Notes: generated by a model from the letters alone, not told the origin. A stretch of 64,000 bases of DNA from Hormiphora californensis (GCA_020137815.1 CM035354.1:6820001-6884000); one strand, 5' to 3'; shown: positions 1 to 13,575, counted from the first letter of the stretch. Numbers and translations are program-made.

Positions 1-100
1 TAAACATATTAGTAGGGCTGACTAGGGATCGGTAAACAATAAACATATTGGTAGGGCTGAATAGGGGTTTGCGGTAAACATATGAGTAGGGCTGCAATTA
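1..100. repeat. Degenerate ~38-39 bp tandem repeat (taaacatattxgtagggctgaxtaggg)
   Basis: About three imperfect copies at the window start. Confidence 0.6.
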
Positions 101-313
101 GGGGACAGGGGTCGATTTGTTTATGAAACTATGGGTTAGTATATATTGAGTTTTTAGCGCTGTTTGCTATCTTGTTTATATATTTCACATCAAACAAATT
201 TACATGCAATGACCGGTGTGTTTTATTTTAACTCCCCCTCCAACAACCTATCACATTAAGCAGTAAAACCTAACACTCCCTATCTCAAATATATAGCAGG
301 AATCCATGCTTCA

Positions 314-1730
314 ATGCTTCGGCGGCTAGTGAAGAAGGAAAATGTTACTGAGATTATTAAACAAGTGGACGCTTTTCCCAAGGTATCAATAGCGAGCAAG
401 GTGTTGAACAATAGCTGTTTTATAGTGCGGACAGGGTTTGAATTCCTACTAAGAGAAGGAGAGAGAGAAAGACATAGATGTAGATGGGTAGAGAGAGTAA
501 AATAGAAGCAAGACACACAGGGAAAACCTAGCTGTTGAGGTTATAGTTTCGCTAATCGATTAGACATAGGTCAGTTCAACGCACGGCTGCGATAGACATA
601 GGCACGGCTGAGAGACATATAGTAGGAAAATAGAGAAGTAAGAAAAACTTAGACACTGTAAGGAATGGCTAACCGCTAACAAATCCATTAACAAAAGCTC
701 CAGGTTCAGCTTTCTTTGAACTGTTCATATTGTTAAATCTAACGGGGGGGGGGGACATGTTAATTGTTAATAAATCACCTCTTTTTTTCGATTTTGTTAA
801 TTAACGTTAATTAACAAAATTAACAAAATTAACAAATGCTAAAAGACTGTTCTTATTGGTTAATAATACGACTTTAACTGGTTTAATTTTATAGTTTAAT
901 GAATTATCTAACACATATATACCCAAACAAGGCCTTTTCCGATAACCAAAGTCCGACATACAGGTTTTTTGGCTCAAAATCGATAAAATTCCAAGAGTTA
1001 CAAATATTTCAATTTAGCGTATAAAATCTCATTCTAACGTAATTTTTAAATTGGTAATCGATTCTTTGGACGTAATAAGATGATGTACAACGTTTCTGTT
1101 GAAAAAAGAAATAAAATTTTCCCAAAATCAATTTTTGGTCAATGATTGAAAATTTGCTTCGCTACAAATCCTTGTGTTTTTTTAGAAAAATTGATTTTTG
1201 GGATATTTTTCGTTTTAAGGTAAATTCATGAGTCTTATTTAGTTTTTAGGATGCGAAAATGTGGATTAGTGTCATTTGACTTCAATTGCGGTTTAGTTTG
1301 GCTAGTATTTATTAACATTTACAAAATGGAATAAATCGCTGTAGAAAAGCCGTAATAGAGGTAGTAGGGGTATGTAAATCGTACAGAATGAACAACTTTG
1401 CTCGCAGAACAAGTGTTAAATACTAAAAATACGTGCTAAAGGGGATTTAGATGACATAAATGGCATTTGTTAACGTTTGTTAACTTATTGTTAATTTGTT
1501 AATAAATCACCTGTTTTCTCGATGTTAATATTAACAAAGTTAACAAAATTAACATGTCCCCCCCCCATCTAACGGGACGAGCGATTCAAAAATATTTTAA
1601 ATTCGCAACTATTTCAGGTGGATGATAATTATGTGACGACAAACTCTTTCGGAGGGCTTGGTGACACTTCTCTGTTGGGCGGGTATCTCTCTCCTTCTCT
1701 ACTCAGAAATAAGGGACTTTCTTACACCAA
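314..1730 (+). CDS. ERGIC2: ERGIC2/Erv41-like protein, first two coding exons (314-382, 1618-1730); remainder not found in window
   Basis: MLRRLVKKENVTEIIKQVDAFPK|VDDNYVTTNSFGGL-VTLLCWAGISLLLYSEIRDFLTP matches the ERGIC2 N-terminus (DAFPKV..Y..T..GG.V followed by TM1). GT/AG sites at 383, 1617 and 1731. One extra base near 1654-1660 shifts the frame. Confidence 0.85.
746..1566. mobile_element. Non-autonomous DNA transposon (MITE) with G9-ACATGTTAATT termini and 9-bp TSD, in ERGIC2 intron 1
   Basis: TIRs GGGGGGGGGACATGTTAATT and AATTAACATGTCCCCCCCCC; atctaacgg at 737-745 and 1567-1575; internal TTAACAAAA subrepeats. Confidence 0.85.
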
Positions 1731-2768
1731 GTAAGTATTGCTAGAAACCCAATAAAATGAGACGCACGTCTGCCTGAGGGGGAGCCTGATGGTATCTCCT
1801 CAACATCAGACTCTTCAGATTCTGTCTCTTGGTACTCTTCCGACCCCTCTTCCTCGTCCTCTAGGATGGTCCCTGTACCGTCCTGATCCCCGTCAAGTGA
1901 CCGGGAGTAATCTTGGAGTCGCTCGTTTACCCACAATGCGTCACGTAGCAGGACATCAAGGTCCTGAAATGCACATGGTCATTGTCGAGAGGTACTGACT
2001 ACTGGTTGACGTCATATGTCATAGACCCTGTATACGGCCGTAATTTCCGGGTATCTGGTCGTAGCAGTTGGCCCTGATATTCTGATAAGAATTAGGGCCC
2101 TGATTGTTACGCAACGTGACTAGTTCTTGCACTCTCGAACGACGCATAGGCTCTGGGTGATTCATGCTCCGCCCTCCCCGACGGGGAATCCCCTTTATGG
2201 TTCGGTTCTAGAGTACGAGATTTCGAGTCGTATTGTGTAATAATTAGGGCCCTAATATTAGGGATTATTTCGACTAGAGGTTAGTCAGATTTTACACGTA
2301 CAAATTAGTATCTAAATGGTACACACAATAATTAAAATGTTGTGCACTAGATTACCTCATCGGTAAGGTTATCAAATGTCTCCTCCAAATCTGCAATCTG
2401 ATCCTTCTCATCAGAACCATGAACTTCAAGAACTTCCAATTTGTGTAACAAACCAGAGTCTGCAGCAGGTTGCGTGATGGGTGGAAGACGACATCCACCA
2501 GACTCAGCCCGGGCTGAACCTGCTTTTGCAGACATAGTAGGCTCCTTGGGCATAGTGCTATATAATAGCTGTCACACAACAAGCTGTCAACAAGGATATT
2601 GTTCTAGAGAACAAGACAGGATCGCACTCAACTCAACTGCAACACAACTGAGTAGTCCGTGTGTGTAAAGATTTTGACACGCACCAGCCCACTGTGACTG
2701 AGAGAGAAATTGAAAAATTGAGAAACAAAGTGAGATAGAGAGACAAAGTGAGAGAAAGAAGGAGATAG

Positions 2769-2831
<63 letters not shown>

Positions 2832-5800
2832 CCATTGCATGACAAATGTTATAGATGATCAATTGTAAAGTCATATCATGCACATACCCTCATTTAGAAC
2901 AAGATTTTTGGGTGATTGATATGTTTTCAACAAGTCACAATTAGACTGTCTGGCGGTCCTGACCCCGGTTTGATTCTCTTAGTGCGATCAAATCAGGACG
3001 CTGGATAGGCAATGCTGCAGCAATCACACGAGACTCATGATGCACTTGACGTCATCATGACACTCCTATCTGTATCCGGTCATCTGCCATACCTTGATAT
3101 AAGGATCATAATATGAGGATCTGCACCTGCCTATTGTATGGATATTTATTGCATACTAGGTAGCCTTCTATTATACTGACCTATACAGTGCTGCTTGTAG
3201 TCAAATTACCGTAATGAAAATACAGTAAGGAGACGCGCACGGTGCATAACGCGCGGCAAAAAGTTCATGTGTCAGCACGTACTAGCGCCCTGATTGGTCA
3301 CGGTTGCGCGTCGTCTTACTGTATCTTTCGTTTTCCATTACCGTTTTCCCACTACAAGCGACCGTGAAACCCTGGATACTGGGTATAATGCCTGGGTCCG
3401 GACCCAGGCATTATACCCAGTATCCAGGGTATCCTGGCCCTTTAATTGTATATGACAACAAGATTTCCCAATGAATCCCTGCTGTGCACTGTGCAGCTGT
3501 CCGTGGAATTAGCAACATGTGATACAGTTTCTACAGCTGTATTACTGCCCTTCAGTAACATGATTCACTCGTCAGCTGCCATGCTATAGTGTTTCTATGG
3601 TTCACTGGATTTCATTCACAGATTTTGTCACAGTTTGTGTCAGTGTTGTCTCCTTTCCTCTCTTTCAGAGCATTGGCCTGGCCCTATTCTCATTTCTCAT
3701 TTCTTTCGAATAAAAAGCGCGAGAACTGTGGTCAGAGCACTGCAGCCTGCTGCTGCCTGACAGTTTCCTTTTTCTTAAGTAAGGCGTGGGAACAAAAAAT
3801 TGAAGGTTGATGATCCCCAGATATAGTTTCAAAAAGGGCTGGCTACATGTGCTTGGGCAACAATATTATACTTATTACATGTACATATATGTACAATCAG
3901 TATGATTGTCACAATCACAGCTTCATTGTGAGTGACTCACAGTCACACAATTTAAGGGATGTGTTATATCATGTCCCTCACACACACACAACCATAATGT
4001 TATCCAATGGTTTGTTGTGAGCACGGCCCTAATCACATAGTCACGTCCCTTTTCATGCTTTTCATTTTGCAATCACCAATTGGATTGAACCCCTACCTGC
4101 ATTTTGCTAGATTACCCAGTGTAGTTCACATCTATTCAGGTAGTTATATAGTAGCAGCTACCGTGATAGAGTGCGTGGTGGGATTGTGAAGCCATATCTC
4201 ATAACTCATTCAATTTACAAGGATTGACCTCCCTCTCGCTGTATCTCTCTCTCCAGCTTTACCATTTAGACTCTTGTGTGGTATAGCTAGTTTGTATCAG
4301 AGCATATATGCATATTTCCTGAACTACTGAGCTTAGAAAGACGAAAATTGAAAAAGGGAATGTTAGTTTGGAGTAGTTGACAACTACTATAGTTTTGCGA
4401 TTGGAGTACAAGCGATAAGTGCTTTGATTTTGAGAATGAGACGCTTCTTGCCATTTACTAAATTATTTAGCTATTCTTTGAAGGTTGATACGTGTTATTG
4501 CTCAGTCTCACTCAACGAGAGTTACTGGACTATATATTAACTGGTAAATTATGGTTTTCTGGTTTCTACAACCCCCACCTGCCTTCCCATCATTCGTCTT
4601 GGTATATGTGTGTAACCTGTGTAAGGTGTGTGTGGTAGTGTAGTGTGTTGATTTTCCGATCAAACGCAAACGTATTTCGATTACGTGTGTCGTGTTTGAT
4701 GTTAGAGTTTCCGTTTCATATGCCTGTACGTACAGTTGGTTTGTTTGTTTGTTTGTTCAAGTTTCGAAACAAAAGTGTCTATCAAAAGTACTCTCTTGGC
4801 CTGACCAAATACACAAAACATGGGAGTTCCTTTGGGCAATGTGGAAGTGTGTCCCTATTTTGGAAACAATTGGTGTGTGCATGTGTTCGGTACCTCCTGT
4901 CAGTCCACCTGTACTACCTGTATGGCGGCGCCATACCCCATTTGATGCTCAGATGGGTCGCGGCGCCAGACAGTGCACTACAAGGTGTCGTTTTGTAGTT
5001 TGGATATTCAGTAGTTTGGATATTCAGTATATTCTTGGTGTACCGAGAACTAGTTTTATTGTGTTGCTGTTGAGTCGTCTGACACTTATTCCGTGCTTCG
5101 CACAAGTAGCTGGTAAGCAAATTGTACAGAGTACTGTGTAGTTCAAAACAGGGTTTAGGATGTCAATGGAATGCCTGTCAGGGAATTAAGGTGTCGATTG
5201 TAGAAGGGTCTGATAGACAGGGTTATAGTTACACGAATTCTACATTTAGATTTTGCTGTCAGTTGCTTGTTTGCCAGAATGTACTACGTATTTGACTTGT
5301 AACCAATACAATAACTAATACTACCATATTAAGATTGCACCAAAGCTTTTTACTATCGGATTCGTCTCCCGAAAGTATTTCTTGCCCTTATAACCGCAAT
5401 GTTGTGATGATGTTACTCTTAACCATTAGAGGTGCCAAGACTCGTAATGAGAATGTCTCTCATAGTTATGATTGTAAACGGATGGCTCAGGTTTCAGATT
5501 GAACGCTTTGTTCTTTTGTTCAACATGATATACAGTTGACAAGATCATTCCTTCATTTATTATACTCTTGAATGATTTTCAGTTGGCTCCCTCGCATGAG
5601 TTTGAATAGTTTTAAATGAATTGTGAGTTTTGACAGCCACCTTGCATATAGCGCACTGAAACCCTGTCAGGCCAATGCTCTGACAGATGAAACCCAGCCC
5701 TAACATGAAACCAGACGACAGCCCTAACCGCAACAGCATGCCCTTCCTAGTTCGGCAGAATAACTGTTAGAGCATTGACCTGACAGCAAAATAATGCAGC

Positions 5801-6450
5801 TAGCCATGCTACCAGGCCAATGCTCTGACCACATGGTTCTCTGAGAGAAATGAGAATAGGGTCAGACCGCCAATGCTCTGACAGGCTAGCTGCAAGCTGC
5901 AGCTTGTCAAGTCGTATTTCACCCAAACTCTCAATTGATACTAACCCTTGGTGACATGTCACCAAAACTAACCCTGCACCCTAACCTCCCCAGCCAGCAA
6001 TGCAACTCAATATCGGTATGATATGTATGATAAGTTCAGCCATCCTAATAATCGGCCTCTACTGTGCTGTGTGCTGCAGACTCCGCTACATAAGCCAGTT
6101 TCCAGATCACGACCCCACTGTCATGGTGATACGCCAAGATGCTGCAGGAACCACAGCAGGTGCAGGAATCTTGAGGAGAGCCTCATTTACCAGCAAGACA
6201 CTGAGAAGTAATAGTGCTGCTGATACACGTTCTGTTCAGTTAACGAGATGAAAATATGCCCATTGTCCATTGTCCTAATATGATGCTAGCATCAGCCTGG
6301 TCCGATTTGAGAGCACTTCTAAAACATTGCCAGCCTAGTGTCAGGGTTGTACCGTGTGATACCAATATATTTTGATTCTGACGAGTTGGATCACCGCGCT
6401 ACCACCTGCTTTGGGCGTTCCTCTTTGTTCGTGGACAACTGCACCTGCTA
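1703..6450 (-). CDS. Putative multi-exon WD40-repeat protein with acidic tail; heavily frameshifted, 5' end uncertain
   Basis: WD40-like fragments on the minus strand: ILSGDESDSKKLW (~5340-5390), SYYDPYIKVW and HDDVKCI (~3040-3120), HSGLVRV and VDVVFHPSRNLL (~2460-2700). Clean phase-0 splice from 2356 to 1963 joins ...DNLTDE|DLDVLLRDALWVNERLQ...EDEEEGSEE. Confidence 0.45.
2772..2828. repeat. (GA)n microsatellite
   Basis: Seen directly. Confidence 0.95.
3186..3366. mobile_element. ~180 bp MITE, copy 1 (inverted copy at 23205-23385)
   Basis: Imperfect TIRs cagtgctgcttgtagt...actacaagcgaccgtg; close reverse-complement match to 23205-23385. Confidence 0.8.
3369..3430. repeat. Perfect 62-bp palindrome
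   Basis: accctggatactgggtataatgcctgggtcc|ggacccaggcattatacccagtatccagggt, no spacer. Confidence 0.9.
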
Positions 6451-6936
6451 CAAATCAAATTGTGTTGGACTTTATCAATATCACACGTGTGTGTGTTACA
6501 TATTACTATGTTAGTCTCTCTCCCACATTCTCTATCTCTATTTCTTACCAATTATTTGTAAAGGATTGGATTACTGCTGCAATATGATCATGAGCCATCA
6601 TGGAATAATGGAATATATTGGAGCATCTTGAAACGTATACATTGAGTCATTTTGATCAGACTATGCACCTTGGGTGTGGCAATAATAGTGAGCCGTAAAT
6701 TATCAGATGCTTATCAATGTGATTATAATTTATAGTCTGTGTGAGCCCACTGAGAAAAATAAATTAATGGACACTATTATGATTATGAATAAATGAAAAC
6801 ATTATAATTCGTGGATGGTGGTTAACCTGGATTTGCCAATGTTCATTTGCTGGTTCATTGCAGAGAGGAATAAAAAACAATCGCTGTCAATGTTATAATA
6901 TTCAGACAATAAACATGATTAAATTACTTGACCCAT

Positions 6937-9211
6937 TTAAATATAGAGATGCTCAAAGTTCCAAATCTGTCGCGCATCACCCTCTCTACACTCATCTAAA
7001 ACAGGTACCCCTTCTCACTATTACCCGTCAAACATCTGTTCTCATTCTGTTTAATAGTCTTGGTCTGCACGTCATAACTAAACTGCTGACTGCCCCCCTG
7101 AAGGTGACACGGCTCAAACCTTATCTCCTCCCCATACCCACTATCAAGACAATAATTCAGGCCCATGATCCGGCCATCTTTCGTGAACATCATGAACCTG
7201 TTGGTGTTCATATTCGGCTTGGTCATGTCCCCACAGTCACCCAAATATAGGAAGTTCCCACCAGCCAGATCACCGCCACGGGTATCAAAGCAGAAGTTGG
7301 CGTCATTTCTGAACCGGCCAGCCCCGATCAAATCTCTCTCCAGAGGCAGCTCAGGGTAGATAGTTTTGGATGAACCAAGCATAGCTTTTACACTGGAGCC
7401 TCTCTCTGAGGGCGAACCTTTCAGTAAGATCCCCCGCGTCCAAATCCCGGAACTGGGGTCGGAGTTTGTAAAAGAATTCCAGCTCATCATCAAACCAAAC
7501 CCGGGCAGCACGAACATAATTCTTGGACACAATGTTCTCCCCCATGAAATCATATGGGTGACTCGGTCTGAAAATGTGGCCCACCTTGGAACACGGTATG
7601 AACAGCATGGTACCACCGCACATCCAGATTCTGAAGGACAGCTCCATATTTTCACCTCCCCAAACCCCCATACCCTCGTCGTACTCCCCCAGTTCCTTGA
7701 AATATAGCCGGTCCATGGCAAACAACCCCCCTGCCATGGTGGCAGTACGGATATTAGCAGTCACCGGGTATGGATCCTCCCTCTTTCGTCTCTTCATCTC
7801 TCTCTCGGGTATGGGTGCCCATAACATGTTCATTAGCCAGTTAACCCCGCCAATAACCATATCGTATCAGCCCCTGAGTAGGTCAAACTCTGCCAATTAA
7901 TGTCGTCCAGAGAGGGTGCAGTGACGGTCGTCCTGTTCTTTGCAATGGGCTCCAGAAGGGGTTCAAGCCACCGGGTGGGGCTCGCAATGGGCATCTAGGT
8001 ACACCAGGACCTCTCCGGTTGCCGCTCTCGCTGCAAACAACCGAGCTTTAACTAGACCACCTCTATCAGGTGCACGGACTATCGTTATCTTTACAGGGAG
8101 GTGAGCCGTGTGCCGTTCAAGGGGTGCCTTTAGTTCGTCAATCGTGCTGCAATCGTCGTACAGGAGAATTTCATGGAGAAGCCGGGGATCTGACCTGAGA
8201 CAGAGAGGGTTGGTTGGTTATTGAGAGTGGATGTATGTGTGTGAACCGTGTATTAGCCTGAGAGAATCATGGTGAGATTTGTGAAACATGGGGAAGCTGG
8301 AGGGCTCAAGGCAATCTCATCTTCTGCAAACTTGATATGAAATACATCCAATCAATCTCACCATTTCTAAGAAAAACTCGCGTCTAAATCCCAATCTGGC
8401 ATGATATCTTTCTCTCTCTCTCTCTCCCATCTTTCCTTTTCCCTCGCCCTAGATCACTTACTCTTTGATTACGGTATAAACGGTCCTCAGAACAACGCTG
8501 AGCGCCTCATTGTAAAATACCATCACCACACTCGCTGTGGGCATGTCTCGTTGGTAGGTCCTTTCTCGGCAGGTTTGGTGTCTCCCGTCCTCAGTGTCCC
8601 GGTTCAGGGGTGTCCGATCACTCAGGTACTTGTTCAACTTCCATTGTTTCTTGGAACTTCCTGGGTAGGTGATATATGGAGGGTTATAAATGCACAAAGT
8701 TGCACGAAACATAACTTGAAGCGGTTGCCAAAATCTGTATTATCTCCTAGTATTCTAGATCTAGAACTCGCCTCTTCCTCCTTGTTCCAGGGTGCATTTC
8801 TGTCAATAAAATCAAGATAAACTGGGGCCACATTTCTCGGTCCCATATATGCATGGACCCTTTCGGGAAGAGCAGCTGGTGGTTTAGGCTCCGGAGGAGG
8901 TGGGTTAGGTTTTCTAACCACCGGAGCAGGATCAGGTGGTTTAGCAGGTTCTCTGGGCTCTAACAACTGCCGCCTATCTTCTTCTTCCACCACTGGCTGC
9001 AAGATACGATGTTGCTGAGCCTGATGCAAAACAGCAGGTTTGGGGTGTCTCTTCCCCACTGTGACCTCCAGGTGAACTCCACTGAACAGGTAGAAAAGGT
9101 AGAGCCCAACTAAGACGAGGAGGATACGGGCAGGGAACGCTTGCGGAGGTAATCCCGCCGTAGGTTGGACCTCACTCGCTCACACGACTTTCGGTGGTCA
9201 GGAGACCCCAT
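6937..9211 (-). CDS. GALNT: Polypeptide N-acetylgalactosaminyltransferase (GT27), two coding exons (9211-8462, 8194-6937), several indels
   Basis: N-terminal TM (ILLVLVGLYLFYLF), Pro-rich stem, ASVVMVFYNEALSVVLRTV, YLDAHCE (DxH), AGGLFAMDR, WGGENMELSFRIWMCGG, PCSKVGHIFR, and a C-terminal ricin-B lectin (CFDT, CLDS, QIWNF). Paralog number cannot be assigned. Confidence 0.93.
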
Positions 9212-9505
9212 AGCAAGTTTTTGACAGCTGTATCTGGAGAACTATGACGCAGCCCACTACCCAGTGATGTCGTGTATAACCAGCAAGGTATAATTAGCGG
9301 GGACTATAAGTGTTGGCCGCAAGGGAGAGAGATGAGGAAAAGAAAGAGAAAGTTGGATAGATCAGGTAGGGGGATGAGGCACTTTTTCTATGAGGCCACG
9401 TTTGTACGCGGTTGTCCATGTGTATGTATCACACAGTGTGCGTGTATTATGATGTTATGAAAACCAAGTCTCAGTCCTGGAGGAGGTCTACTCGTGGACC
9501 AGGTC

Positions 9506-9514
9506 ACCACCCAT

Positions 9515-9570
<56 letters not shown>

Positions 9571-9595
9571 TCATCTCTCCTCTTCGTCTCTCTCG

Positions 9596-9638
<43 letters not shown>

Positions 9639-9644
9639 CTCTCT

Positions 9645-9678
<34 letters not shown>

Positions 9679-9984
9679 TCTCTCCGTTCCTCTCTCTCTC
9701 TCCTCTCTCTCAGTCGTCTCTCTCTCTCTCATCTCTCTCTCTCTCTTCTCATCTCTCGTCTCTCTCCTCTCTCTCTTCTCTCTCCTCTCCTCTCTCTCTC
9801 TCTCTCTCTCCGTCTCTCTCTCATCTCTCTCTCTCCTCATCTCTCGTCCCCCCTTCCCCCCCACCACCCCCCCCTCTCTCGTCGTCTCTCTCTCTCTCTC
9901 TCTCATCTCCCTCTTCTCTCTCTCTCCTCTCTCCTCTCTCTCTCTCCCTCTCTCTTCTCGTCGTCTCCCTCTCTCTCTCTCTCG

Positions 9985-10015
<31 letters not shown>

Positions 10016-10030
10016 ACCTCGCCTTCTCTC

Positions 10031-10063
<33 letters not shown>

Positions 10064-10345
10064 TCTCCACTCTCCTCTCTCTCTCTCTGTTCTCTCTCTC
10101 TCTATCTCTCTCGTCTCTCTCTCTCTCCTCCCTCTCTCTCTCTCTCTCGTCTCTCTCGCTCTGCTCTCGTCTCTCTCTCTCTCTCTCACATCTTCTCATC
10201 TCTCTCTCTCTCTCTCCCCTCTCTGCTCTCGTCTCTCTCATCTCTCTCTCTCTCTTCTCCTCTCTCGCCTCTCTCTCTCTCTCTTCTCCTCTCTTCTCTC
10301 CTCATCTCTCTCTCTCCATCTCATCCTCTCTCTCTTCTCTCTCTC
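9506..10345. repeat. Long degenerate (TC)n microsatellite
   Basis: Seen directly; source of the spurious SL/RE ORFs. Confidence 0.95.
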
Positions 10346-10365
10346 AACAGATTAGGCCGATAGTA

Positions 10366-10808
10366 GGGGGAGACACACTGAGTTGGTCGCGCGCGTTCAA
10401 CTCTCAACGCTTGGAACCCACTAAAGTTCGAAGTTCGAATTCGTGGAAATTTCGAAGTACGAGAAAAGCCATTTTGGCTAGAAATCTTTTGTAAATCTAA
10501 CTTTATTTACTGGTACAAGTCTCTCGAGGTGTCCTTTATCTATAACCGAGTCATTTCACCGTTTTTAAAAAAATTGTGTTTGGTGAATTGGGGCAACTGT
10601 GACCGAATTCACCAAAAATTTTAAAACGTGAAATTGACTAGTATGGATAAAAGACACCTCGCGAGATGTACCCGTAAATAAATTAGCCCTCTTACCAAAT
10701 GATTTTCTCAGCGAAAATGGGTTTTCGCGAAACCTTCGAACTTCAACTTCAGTGTGTGTCGCGAGGTTGAGATTTGAACGGCGCGCCAACTTCATTGTGT
10801 CTCCCCCC
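10366..10808. mobile_element. ~440 bp MITE with GGGGGAGACAC termini
   Basis: gggggagacacactgagttgg...ccaacttcattgtgtctccccc, with further imperfect internal inverted matches. Confidence 0.7.
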
Positions 10809-11390
10809 ATATATATATTAGGCGTATTATACAGCAGTGTATGAAGTGAGTGGGTGATGTCTACAGCAGTTCGTGCATAATTAATACCTTATCCTTGATA
10901 CTGAGGCACTGCTGATAATAAGAGCCCTTGTCCTATACGCCTAATCTGTTTCAGATAGCACTAAAACACAAGGATTGTTTGCTATCCGATATTTCCCGAT
11001 TAAAGATACGCCCAATTCGAATAGTACTTGTAGGTATGTGCTTAGATTAATCGAACCTCAGTGGTTCCCTTAGATAACCTCCCATGTTAACCAAAGGAGA
11101 TAAACTGGGGGTTGGAGTTACCTCATATATCGTACAGGAGCAAATAATATCTTATGTATCAGAATTCTCAGAATGAACAGTTGGGCTATAGCAGTTGATC
11201 ACGTCATATTAATTGTTAAGGAGTTTCACGTGAGAGTTATTCATCACTACAGTTCTTCACGTGGCATTGAAGACTCATTCGCCAGCAATTTTCGATTTGC
11301 CACAAACAACTTCTAGATTGTCAGAGCATTGGCCTGACACATTTTCGTTTCTTGCGCGAGAACTGTGATCAGAGCATTGGCCTGAAAGCT

Positions 11391-11870
11391 TCTAGACGGT
11401 GTAGCAACGGTTTCTAGACGGTATACCGTCTAAACGGGTTTTCATAAAATCCGCTTAAAACGGTACGGGTTATAGATTGCATCAAACGTCGTTGCTACGA
11501 GTCTCAGACAAGGTCTGGACGGTGTTTAAACTGTACCCGGACGGTGTCTACTGTCTAGACTGTGTCGTCGCGTCTGAAAATTTTACTAAGATTTTTACAA
11601 ACCCGTCTGAAAATCAGACGGTATACCGTCTGGAAACCGTCTAGACATCGTCTCTAGCCCGTCTAGACACCGTCCGCGTCCACACGTTGTCTGAGACTCG
11701 TATCAACGGCGTCTGATACAGTCTCAAGCTTGATCAAGCACGTTTTTACCCCGTCCAAAGCAATTTTGTGCTATTTTTAGCGGATTTTATCAAAACCCGT
11801 CTAGACGGTATACCGTCTGGACACACCGTTCTAGACACCGTGTGTGTGCTAAACAACACGTTTAGACGTT
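11391..11870. repeat. Repeat element built from a self-complementary AGACGGTATACCGTCT motif
   Basis: Full motif at ~11415, ~11616 and ~11802, plus many tctagac half-sites in both orientations. Confidence 0.65.
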
Positions 11871-12276
11871 GTTGTGCAAATTCGAAAATTTTTCCTCATT
11901 CGCCTTCACCTTGTTACCCTATGGAGCGCATGGGTATGGTGCAGGGAAGTAGCTACACGTATCACGGCAGGCTAGACTGAGCTTGTTGTTGAGTCGCTTG
12001 GCACTGTGCCCGTGCTCCAGAACAATTAAACACTTGAGGTGATGTCAGTTAAGTTACACGCACCTCAACTTTTGAACATTGAGGCTCGGTAGTCAGTTGT
12101 CGATTCACAAGTTTTACTTTGTATTGCGTTAATCATGATAAAAAGGTTTTTGCATCGATTCAATGAACTAAACTGTTGCTTGAACTGTACTATTTAGACG
12201 TTAGTTTTTTAGTTGTTAGTTGTTAGTTGTTAGTTGTTAGTTACTCAACAACTTTTTAGCACATTTACCTATAAAA

Positions 12277-13386
12277 ATGAACAACTCCAAGGTTGTGCCA
12301 ACAGACAACAGCATCGGCTGGACTTATTCTGCAGGTGCCATTGCATTCTTAGGGATCCTTGCTAATACTCTCACCTTCATATACTTTGTTGCACAAGAAC
12401 GGTAGGTACCTACTGTTTTACAGGAAATTGTAAACTGTTTGATATTCATTCTAATAACTAAAGTTGTGTTTTCCACACTCCACAGGAAAAAAAGATCGTT
12501 TGGTAATCGTTTGCTCCTCCTCCTCAACACTGTTGACGCCATCCTGTGCTTGACGACCTTTCTCAGGATCGTGCTTCGATACGAACTCCGGTCTTCCGAT
12601 ATTTATGAAAGCAAGGCTCAAGACCCAAGCACATTGTACAGTGCAGGGGTAATCACATACATCACGCTCGATGCCACTGAAAGGGCTGTTGCCGAGCTGA
12701 GCGGACTAGCAACTGTCATTTTGTCCGTTTGTCGAACTATCGGGGTGTGGATGCCATTTTACAGGATCAAACCGACTCCAATTGTGATTGTTGTTGTCCT
12801 TTTTGCAATCGTCATGACAACAAGAAATGCTTTAGCTAACTATTTTTTCATTTGGCCCATCTACTTGTTTACACCTGCTAATAGTAATGTCTTCTCAAAA
12901 GCAATCCAAGATGTAGATACATATGCCAAATTCGCAGTTTTTATTTCCATCGTAGTAACTCTCTTTGTCAGCACATTGATCACTGTGATGAAGCTTTTGG
13001 CCTCTGCTAGAGACCCGCAATGTAGACTACCAGCAACTGACAGAAAGGCGTCTAAAGAATCGAAGGCAATTAAGACTACAATTATCTTAGCTATTACTTC
13101 AATATTCTTCAATAGCTATTACATTATTATAACCCTAATAGATAAAGTGGAGAAAACGCCATCTTGGCCGGGGTGGAGTTCCGCCTTTAAATGTGCAAAA
13201 TATCTAGCAATTCCCCTCAACTCTGTGATTAATCCTGGTATCTACTTTGTTCGGATCAAAGCGATAAGGCAATTCTGGTGGAAAATTGTGAAAAAGACGA
13301 GGGGTAGTATAGCAAATGGTACGGAGTCAAGTGGGGTTATTACAAACCCTCTCGCTAGGCCATCTAGAGTTTCCTCGAGCGTTTAG
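12277..13386 (+). CDS. Rhodopsin-like (class A) GPCR, two exons (12277-12401, 12486-13386)
   Basis: MNNS sequon, TM1 GILAN, TM2 LNTVD, TM3 end LSVCRT..WMPFY, TM7 NSVINPGIY. Phase-2 GT/AG intron is in frame. Confidence 0.88.
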
Positions 13387-13417
13387 AGCTTACATCTTTG
13401 GCTGTTCAAGACTCAAA

Positions 13418-13575
13418 GGTTGCTGTTCCAGAGGATGCTGTTCCAAAACTCCAAAAGTTGCTGTTCCAGAAGTTGATGTTCCAGAAGTTTCTGTTCCAAA
13501 AGTTACTGTTTCAGAAGTTACTGTTCCATTGAGGTTGCTGTTCCAAAGGGCCCTGATCCAGAGGTTGCTGTTCTA
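13418..13575. repeat. 15-bp tandem minisatellite (gttgctgttccagag)
   Basis: About 10 imperfect copies just after the GPCR stop. Confidence 0.85.

Noticed and set aside
9412-10494. Long SL-rich and RE-rich ORFs here and at ~2600-2880, 16106, 37800-38170 and 47100-47750
   Set aside because: Translations of (TC/GA)n microsatellites.
10955-11033. Exon-like segment as ERGIC2 exon 3
   Set aside because: It has AG/GT borders, but no frame resembles ERGIC2.
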